A stretch of DNA of 64,000 bases, taken from the NCBI GenBank assembly GCA_951406725.2, contig OX597816.1:81220001-81284000 (forward strand). Reading direction: 5' to 3'. A model generated the notes under the pieces. The model ran no database searches. It was not told where the DNA came from and saw only the letters and a program-made list of their open reading frames with translations. The DNA comes from Octopus vulgaris. Taxonomy: Eukaryota. Positions 54,155-64,000 of the stretch are shown here, piece after piece (positions within the stretch are counted from its first letter, which is position 1; each line of letters begins with the position of its first letter). The position numbers and the translations under genes were made by a program.

Positions 54155-54313
54155 CATACAAAATGGGACAAGAACGCAAAATATCCGGACAGCTAGATGA
54201 TACAGAAAGGAACAACAAAACAGACAGATAGACGATACAAAGAAAACAAGGACAGGTCATTCGAAGTTTTCTATCTTTAGTCAAGCACCAGATTATCCTC
54301 GCAATTTCGGCTA

Positions 54314-54353
<40 letters not shown>

Positions 54354-54354
<1 letters not shown>

Positions 54355-54750
54355 CTTTATATATAAAAGTGAGGTTGTGTGCTGTCTGTCTCCTACGATT
54401 TAGATTCCTAACTACTCCCACATTTTGCGGTGCAGTTTAACCAAAACCGGGTATCTTATAGTCGTGATTCATATCGAGCCCTTCTGGGTATTAGCGCGCG
54501 TCTACGATGAGTCTACGATTTTAAAAAAAAATTACCATCAATTTTCCCCATTTTTAATGCATTTTTGGCTTATATAAGGGAAGTAACTCTCTAAAAATTT
54601 ATTATTAAATCTCAGAACGTAAAAAGCTACATTAACACCCCCCCCTTTGTGGTTAGTCATATTGAGATGGCTATTATACTTTACATCTCTAAAAATGCTT
54701 ATATAGTTATTTCCCTTACAAACCCGAGCAACGCCGGGCGATACTGCTAG
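54354..54750 (+). mobile_element. Non-autonomous Helitron
   Basis: 5' TC, subterminal hairpin CCCGAGCAACGCCGGG (54723-54738), 3' CTAG, inserted between A and T; a second copy is in the window. Confidence 0.85.
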
Positions 54751-54835
54751 TATATATATATAACTGAGATTCAGTTGAATTAGGTACTTAAGTTGTGGCA
54801 CCAAGTGAGTCCGGTATTATCCGTACGTCTCGAAG

Positions 54836-55140
54836 TAAGGTGAATAAAAAGTAAATAACTAACAAGGATGTCCAGGTATCAGCGCATTATGGCCGTTTCA
54901 GGCGGCTCCATTTAATCGATCAGTGCCTGCATTACATCAGTTTGAAATACACCGCCTTCCTCGGTTGCATAAAACCATATAGGTTTTCAACATACAGGAT
55001 ATAATTTTTTTAGCAAATTATTCATCGGAACTTAAGAATAAAAGAATTACATGCTTGTTGCTAAATGGAGCCACCTGAAACGGCCGTAATGCACTAATAC
55101 CTGAACGTACTTGTTACTTACATGCTTTTTAATCACCTTA
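54836..55140. repeat. ~80-bp imperfect inverted repeat (54836-54914 / 55062-55140)
   Basis: TAAGGTGA...GCATTATGGCCGTTTCAGGCGGCTCCATTTA versus TAAATGGAGCCACCTGAAACGGCCGTAATGC...TCACCTTA. Confidence 0.75.
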
Positions 55141-55597
55141 TATGTATACATACATACATACATACATACATACACACAACGATCATTTTGGCTTATTTCT
55201 GCACTGCTTCCTAGTGGGTGGGGATCGATATAATAGAATCGAATGCACCCAATAGTACAGAATAAGCCTCTTCAGGTTACATAATAGGCTTCAGTGTTAT
55301 AAGATGTACATTTCGCTAATATGTGTTGATAGCATACGTGGGTTTTTAGTAGTTCACAAATATATTATTGAGGTAGAATAACCGGCGTATATTCGAGGAA
55401 TCGTTGATAAAGAATACAAAAATCCAATGCAAGGATGAATAGGATGATCAGAATGGCTTTTGTATGTAAAGCACTCTAAACGTTGTAGAGTGCTTTGATG
55501 GTTGATCATGCGTGTCATTCGTCACAACGTGGTCGAGAATTTGGTGGGGGTGTGATTCACCTCTTTAGGCTTGGTGGCTGGCCAATGTTATATTTTA

Positions 55598-55650
<53 letters not shown>

Positions 55651-55794
55651 GTGTGTGTGTATGTATATACACATACACCCATATAAATATACTTATACAT
55701 ATACACACATAGATATGTATGCATATATATATATATGCATATATATGTGTATATATATAAATATGCATACGTATATATACATACAGATATATAT

Positions 55795-55846
<52 letters not shown>

Positions 55847-56322
55847 TGTAAATATTTATATCTACACATATATTATATGTGCGTGTGTGTGTTTGTGTGT
55901 GTGTGTGCATGAGGAGAAAAGCTTCTCATACTCGCCATATTAAAAACAAGACTTAACTCATAAAACCCATGAAAAATCAAAACAGTTTTACTTCGTCATT
56001 CACCAGTAAAAAGCTAGAAAAAATATCACACAAAAACCATCCTTTATTGTAGTCAATAAAGGATGTACAAAGAATTTAGTGGCACAAATTCAGAATTTAA
56101 TACAAATTTATCACAACATAGCAAATACGATATACAAACAAAATAAAGATAAAACACACGCATACGGACATTTAATGTTATCAAATCTCCTCTTGGTTAG
56201 ATGTCCACAAAATACAACATGCATTATATCCAATCATAAACTACCATGAAAAAGATTTTTTTGTTAAAATTTTCAACAACGTACCTCAAACCTGCAAGCC
56301 GTTGTATAAATTCAGTTGATTT

Positions 56323-56397
<75 letters not shown>

Positions 56398-56398
56398 T

Positions 56399-56452
<54 letters not shown>

Positions 56453-57043
56453 TTATTCATATACAAAGATCAAAGTTTTAAACTTCATAATTTCATAAAT
56501 AACATTGAACAAACAAATTTCAGTTTTTCTCTGATTTACAATGCATTTGAAATTTTTTAAAAATAAACATTGCATTCTATTATTTTATATACAACTCAAA
56601 AGAAAACAAGACTTTTTGAAAATATTAGATGGTACCACAACTATCTTATACAGATATTTTCAAAAGAGAAAGGTATTTGGTCATAGGAAATATGCTAATA
56701 GCAAAATTTGAGGTTCAACTCAGCATAGCACACATTTGAACGAACTAAAATCAGGCAATTTCAATAAAATATTTCCTAAACAAAAATTGAAAGCTGACGT
56801 CAGTAGTCAAAAAGTTTTTAAGCCCGTTCTGTGATTCTCCTATGAATTATACCTATGTTTCTCACCCCAACATTAAATTGGCAATTAGAGCCAAAAGTAG
56901 AATTATTCCCAATAAAAGATAAGGTAAGGAGGATCTTGAAATAACGATTAACCAAGGAAATATATTGGTAAAAAAATGTGTACAGAGAAAATGCATAAGA
57001 TTATAAGATCTTTAAAATTTATATAAAAAATATGTAATATTTT

Positions 57044-57095
<52 letters not shown>

Positions 57096-58118
57096 CATGT
57101 ATGTATGTGTATACACATAATTATACATGCAAGAATTCGTTTGTGATAAGTCGTCAATGTTATTCTTGTGCTATATCTCATTCTGTAAAAGAGTCATTAT
57201 TCTCTAAATGGGCAGTTTGTGGGAATTTTACAGTTACAACCGAGTAATTGAATTTGATTTTGGCTGAATGGATATCTTAGATTATTGAGAGAGATCTTCG
57301 AAGTGCGATAGACACAACATGAGTAGCTAGCTCACACTCGTGCTAATGGAGTTGAAATGTGGTATTTATGAGTGATTGTGAAGTAAATATTCAAATTTCC
57401 TGTAACAGTAGTTGTTTTGTTGCTTAGTCTAAATTGGTTCAAATCGAGCAGAACTATGATCAGAAGCATTCGATCTATGACCATCTAGTTCTATATTCAG
57501 CCATAATGTAAACCGAAGTATATTATCAAATGTGTTTCTATGATGATATAATACAGATTGGGAGAAAAATGACCAGCTAGAATATCCCACATAGCAAGCA
57601 AATGTGGACAATTTGCATATGAACCATTGGGCTAAAGGTTATGAAAATGTAAGATAAAAAGGCTAAGCTGAGAAAACGGATGTAAAATAATTGAAAATGG
57701 AGCAATCAAAGTTATGTTGGAAATATAAGTTTCACTGACTTCCTTTTAAAGAAAAAAGGGATTGTCCAAGTGGATGTTCGACCTGTTCGAAATAGCAGCT
57801 AAACCTCCTTCAAATCACGCTCACTGTCTTAAAATCGTCTAACATGTTGACTAATATTGACTTACATATATATATTCATATATTATGTATGTATTAAAAG
57901 TTTGGGTAAGTTTTCCTGATACAGCAAATAGCTGATCGTTGAGATGTTTCAATTCTGAGTTATGAAGCATTTGAACAATCAGATAATTTTGCATGAAAAA
58001 CTTTTATTGATGCAAATATCAGCCAAATAGTTAATAAAATATTTAACCTCAACACGTGCCACGTGCCTTTTTTGTTTCGTTTGTTCAAATGCATATTCAC
58101 ATGTGTGTGTATCTATGT

Positions 58119-58514
<396 letters not shown>

Positions 58515-58691
58515 CATGTATGTATGTATGAAAGAATGCATGCATGTGCGTATTTGTATATAGTCTGAATAAAAACATTGATAAGATCTTTTTCCGTTTG
58601 ACGTACAGAGTTCAATTTTATGAAGAAATCCTTCATTGATGTAGTTTGGCTACAAATAACAAAAATCACGACATTTTTTTTTTTAAATAAA

Positions 58692-59027
58692 TTTGAAACA
58701 AATAATAAAAACGTTGCGAAACTTTAAAGATGAAAACTTTTTACTATCTAGTCAATCAGATTTGTCTATTCACGATATTCTGTCCAGCAAAAGTTATTTG
58801 TATATGTTCCTATAGCAACCAGTCTGGAGGATCGGGTTATGGTTGTACTTAAGGTTGCTGTTCAGGGTTAGGGTTCAGGATTAGGCTGAAGGATTAAGAT
58901 TTAGGGTTAGGTTGAGAGTGAGTTTGTAGTGCATCGCATAATTTAATTTCAAATGTGAATTTGTTATTTCAACCATCAAATATTTCGTCTTTAAATGTTT
59001 TGTAATGTTTTTGTTATTACTTTTTAA
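58692..59027. mobile_element. Putative MITE with ~45-bp imperfect TIRs and internal degenerate TTAGGG repeats
   Basis: AATAATAAAAACGTTGCGAAACTTTAAAGATGAAA versus TTTCGTCTTTAAATGTTTTGTAATGTTTTTGTTATT; TTCAGGGTTAGGGTTCAGG...TTTAGGGTTAGG at 58861-58912. Confidence 0.45.
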
Positions 59028-60494
59028 AACAAATAACAATTTGTTCATGTCTCATTAAGACACTAAAACAGGACAAAACACAAAAAAAACCAGTTCTTCC
59101 TATACCGTCGCTACGGTATGAATATATAGATCTGAAAGGCTAAAATTACAAAAAAATTTCATGTGTTAAATGTTCGAAACTTTTTCATTATTAATTTCTG
59201 AAAAGGAAAATGGTTGTGATATTTGAGATCGGTATGTAAGAATTACAACAGTATAGAAATTCAAAATATAAGCAGGCATCACAAATAAAAAATATCTCAT
59301 TGATGTCATTACAGTTGAAAGGACTTTTATTATATACCAGCTTGATTGGACCTGACCTATTTACTTGAAATTTCTCTCTCATAATGATTTCTCTCTTTTC
59401 TGTTTGAACATTAAAACTATATTTCCGTTAAATATGGAGAAAATAACAAATGCATGTTACATCATATGTGCTACAGCCAATTCTAAAAACTTAGTTTTCA
59501 GAGATGAAACTATTAGTAAAAGTGAATTCCCCATCTTTATTCGTTACCGTTAAGAACAGAGGTAGCATATTAATTTTTATGATATTCAAAATTACTCAAA
59601 CCCTTCTCTATTCCTGTCTGTTTTATACGTGTCTCTCCCCAACACCTCCTCTATCTATCTATCTATCTAATTATCTGTCTGTCTGCCTGCCCCAATCTCT
59701 TTCTCATTCCTTTTCTTTCCTTCTATTCCCTGATAGTAGCACCTTTCTAGTGCTGGTTTTGTGCACTGAATGATTTGATTTCGGCACCGCAAATGCTGAA
59801 ACCTAAACCTTAACTAATGGAATGGGAATTATACAATTCGCACAGCTAGTTCAAATTCTGCTTAAGTCTATTTTTAAATTACATCCCTACAAGTTCAACA
59901 AAGTAAACATCAGTAATATACCTGAACACCATATTTAAAACGCACCTGCCTTTCCAAATATTATCCAAGGAAATCAGAAATTCTAAAAGCAAAGCCAGGA
60001 TTTGGGCTGCAGCGCTCCATATAATGAACTACAATCACCTTTCTTACAAAACTGCTTCTGGAGTAATTTCCTATGGCAAAAATACACATCAATAGTACTT
60101 CCTTCATATAAAATATCAACATTTAGAAAGAAAATTAATTGACAATACGGTTTATATATCAAACGGATGTCCTGCTCCAGTCTCAAAAATTAAATATTGA
60201 ATTTTTTATAAAGTTGTATTAAATAATGCGGGCTAATATTTCATTTTATATGATGAAACGTATTAAAATTTAAATAATTTTCTTTCAGATTTTATCGATT
60301 CTACTTGGAATGAGAATAGTTTTAAGACAAAAATTCCGCGACAAATTTACGAAAAGACCTTTTGTTTAGCTGTGTGCAGAACACCATTGTAATCATGACG
60401 AAATACATAAGAAAAAACTTATAGTTGTTTATATTGTACTGAGTCAAGATTTTTGCAATATTTTGGGAGCTTATTTTCTTTATTCAAGTTACAA

Positions 60495-61030
60495 AAGAAG
60501 CAGCCAAGCATTCAAAGTAGAGGCCATCGTATGACGCCACCTGCCTGAAGCTACCTCACTGTCACTTCTTTGAGCCCATGCTGACACAAGTCCTTGTCCT
60601 TGGGAGAGAGCTCCTTCACTAAAGCTTCCACCTCCACCTGGTTGATGAAGCGTCGTGAGCGCAGGAATTGAGCCATTGATCGGAACAAGTAATAAATCCA
60701 GATGAGTTATGTCCGGCTATACGCTGGTTCTGGCATCAGTTTGATTCCCTCAAGTTCCTGTGATTTATTCTGAATCGTTCGAGCGGTATGAAATCCTGCG
60801 TTGTCTTGCTGCAGAAGAGCTCGTTTTCTGTGAACCAATTCTGTTTTTGCCGCACAATGGTATACAACCGCTCCAGCTGTTAGGAGTACAAGTTAGCATC
60901 GATGGTTCAACCGTCTGGAACAAAATCGTAGTGAATTATCACTTCATAATTCCACCAGATGCGGAACGTCACCTTGTGTTCGAAACATTTGTATTTGGCG
61001 ACAGGTTCCGGAAACTGGCCCTTGCTTAAT
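60495..61030 (-). mobile_element. 3' half of a mariner transposase (decayed)
   Basis: Minus strand TIDANLY..QLERL, PAYSPD-like relic, YYLFRSMAQFLRSRRFINQ. Confidence 0.8.
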
Positions 61031-61076
61031 CTCTACTTATGCACGTTAGAATTGCAGATAAATATCTCCCTCGGGA

Positions 61077-61275
61077 GGCTATTTGTTCCGATCCATGGCT
61101 CGCTTCCTGCGTTCACGACTCTTCATCAACCAAGAGGACGTGGAATCTTCAGTAAACGAAGTTTCCTCCTCGAAAGACAACAACTGGTATCAGCATGGAA
61201 TCAAAGAACTGTAGGAAAGGTGGCCTCAGACGGTGCAGCACATTGGCCTCTACTTTGAATGATTGGCTGCTTTTG
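61077..61275 (+). mobile_element. Inverted copy of the mariner 3' end
   Basis: YLFRSMARFLRSRLFINQEDVE...WYQHGIKEL*ERWPQTVQHIGLYFE*. Confidence 0.8.
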
Positions 61276-61935
61276 ACGAATAAAGCAAATAAGTTACTAA
61301 ATATTGTAAAACTTTTGACTCAATACAATAAAACTAGTTTAAATGACTGGTTTATAAACAACAACCATTTTCAAATTTAATTAAAAAAATTGTTGAGGTG
61401 TAATTTAGTTAGAAATACATTAATGGAAGAGTGAAAGAGGTTTTTTTTTATAGGAAATAGTGGAATGTAATAAAGATCAGGATCAGCTTTAAAATGTTTT
61501 GGTAGGTGAGAAGGCTACGAATGTCAGATGTAAACAGCTAATTTTTTTTAAGAAAAGGTTTGCCAGTATAAAGATGAATCTCATGAGCTCGTGCCTTATA
61601 AGCTTTTGTATATGGTAGCTGATCATATACATACGATCCACCAAATACATAATTAACATAGCTCCTAATTATAAAGTCGATTAAGAATCATTCTTTCTGC
61701 AAACATCGATCATATATACCTTTCCATGCTGTCAGGCATCTAAGTCATGACCATCTCGTTTTTCTATTATTTGTAGCAGTAAGGCTAATCATGTATAGGC
61801 TCTCATGTTGTAACGTGTTAAGCGAGTGAAAATTAACTAATAACATAATACCATAAAGGGACCTCCCAGAACCAACACATGAGTGGTTTGTCTCCCTTTT
61901 GGGGAGGGGCAGAATTATAATATGCTCTCCGTTTT

Positions 61936-61996
<61 letters not shown>

Positions 61997-64000
61997 CTTC
62001 ATACTCATGATAAAATATACATAACTTAAGGAAACAGTAGAATCCATATAAACTAGTAATAGTCTGATACAACAAATAGTAATACAAAATGCTGGGATGA
62101 ATTTTTATGTTGAGTGGAAGAGGAAAATTTTTAAATTTCGGGCAAGGTACTTCATCGGAGATAAAGATGGGGTAAGATTTCTGTTCAGAAGACCAGACCT
62201 CTCTTCTTCCTGGCTGAATACAAAATTTTTCCACTGTTTGAACTGTTTCTTCATGGCTTACTACTGTGTATCATGAGCAATTTAAGTTGTGTGAGAAAGA
62301 TTTCACAAATTTAAATTGTAAAATACTTGTTTTATATTCAAATGTAGTCTTTGATTTATTTAATTCGAAGATATCATCGAATATTGATGATTGATCTGTT
62401 GATATTGTTAAGACGTAGGTGACAACTCTAATCGAGAAGACCTATTAACCAAAGATATTCAAGTGGATGCTATCCAACCTCTTTTCAGACATAGTGTATC
62501 TATTTCTTTGTCGAGTGTGTTGTCAATATTCTAAAACGGTATGGTGCAATTCCATGACCAGCATTTGCCTGTTATTTCTAACAGGCAAGCCACCACGTAT
62601 AGACTCCCTCGTTGACCTATGGAAAAGAGATCAGCACACTGAGTAAAACATAATCCTCAGATGGACAGTTTGGATTGTTTGGTTTTTGTGGAGTAGGGAT
62701 TACGATGCTCTGATAAATCTGAGATCTTATTGTTATGATAAGGACTACATTGCTGATCCTAAAAATTAAGTATGAGTAGAAAATAATGAAGTTGTCAGAT
62801 AGCGTGATACTTTAAGGAACATTGTAGCAAGAGTCGATAGGTTATCATTAACCCTGTTTAATTTAAGGCTTAGATGACTAAAGTGATGATTCTATAGTAA
62901 ATAATTACTAAGGTATAAAACTATATAATTAACGAATCTAACAAAAGAGAGTTCTACGTCATTCGATAAAGATATTTTACTTTTATTACCTGACTTCTTT
63001 TGTCAGTGGAATATCACTAGTTTAGATTTATTGGCATTCAATGAATTAGTTGGAATTGGCTGTCTGAAGCCATTTACTGGCTGACTTAAGCTCAGAATTT
63101 AAGATAATTTCAATTAGTACAATATACATCATATTTAAATAGCTGTGTAACGAAATCATTTGCATAAAATTAGAATAAGAAATTAACCTAAGCCAAATTA
63201 TGACTCACTCTCCTTTTTTCGTTTTTATTCCTTATATATTTCAGTATCGTGTGTGAATACGTATGTCGTTGTAGTGGCGATGTCGTTCCTACTGTTGTTG
63301 TGTAGTCCCAGAGGTCAGCAACGATCGAGATAGTCGACTACAAAGATAGTCGATTACACGATGATGAAGTATTACCCATAGATACATAGTGCGCAAATAT
63401 GCCATACTCGTTCGGTTGCACGCCATACTACACATTCTAACATATAGTTAAATGTATGCGGTGATGTATGATTGCCTGAACATATTGTACTCTTTCCATG
63501 TACAGTCTGTTGTTGTCCAACATTTGTTGTCCCTAAATCAGTTTATATCGGCCAGACCTATCAGCAAAAGAATCCTAGTCAAGACCATCCACACTTATTT
63601 TCAAACTTAGAATTTTTACAAATATGTTGTCTAATATTTTTTGGTCTTGTTCTGTTTTATTTTGGTCGGCAGGGTGAGATTTAAGGGAGGTTTTTAGTTT
63701 TGCAACTATTTCTAGCTCCCTCGTAGACGTTGTCGATAGTCAGAGCAGTGGTAGGTAAGGAGAATTTGGTCCGAATACTACGACTGCTTCAACTCCTCCA
63801 GAATTATTATTAGCATTCAGTAATGATAACTAAAAGTGAACTTGTTACATTGAGTTGTGAGTCTTGGCTGTATTTGGAATATCAAATGTTTACCTTTGAG
63901 GATAGTTTCGGTAACCCGTCTCAAAAGGTGACGCTGCCAGGGATACTTAGCATAGGGATGTAGGGTATCTTTGCATAGCATATAGGTGTGCGGTGTGTAG

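Noticed and set aside
59983-62274. Short non-repetitive ORFs at ~60.0 kb and ~62.1 kb
   Set aside because: No recognisable domain or convincing splice sites.

Overview
AT-rich, microsatellite-saturated animal genomic DNA; the SINE families and (TA)n/(CA)n/(CATA)n/(GATA)n density suggest an octopus or other cephalopod (inference). Nearly all listed ORFs are artefacts of simple repeats. The only clear host coding sequence is a minus-strand exon (~23858-24426) for the N-terminal half of a Big brain-like aquaporin, with an NPV first motif and an expanded loop A. I did not recognise its next exon, so positions 1-23857 are probably one long intron. The rest is transposon debris: at least four tRNA-headed SINE families, R4/Dong and L1/Tx1 LINE fragments, mariner/Tc1/pogo relics and two non-autonomous Helitrons. 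The most notable signal is several unrelated short non-coding elements with minimal hammerhead-ribozyme (HHR) motifs, arranged in tandem or inverted form like Penelope-like elements (PLE) and retrozymes. They are: a tRNA/Pol III-headed SINE with an HHR, present as a head-to-head palindrome (43863-44472); a 340-bp tandem-plus-inverted unit with a degenerate type I HHR (36481-37290); and a 476-bp direct-repeat element with a possibly permuted HHR (16311-17619). All folds and alignments were done by eye, and ribozyme activity is untested.
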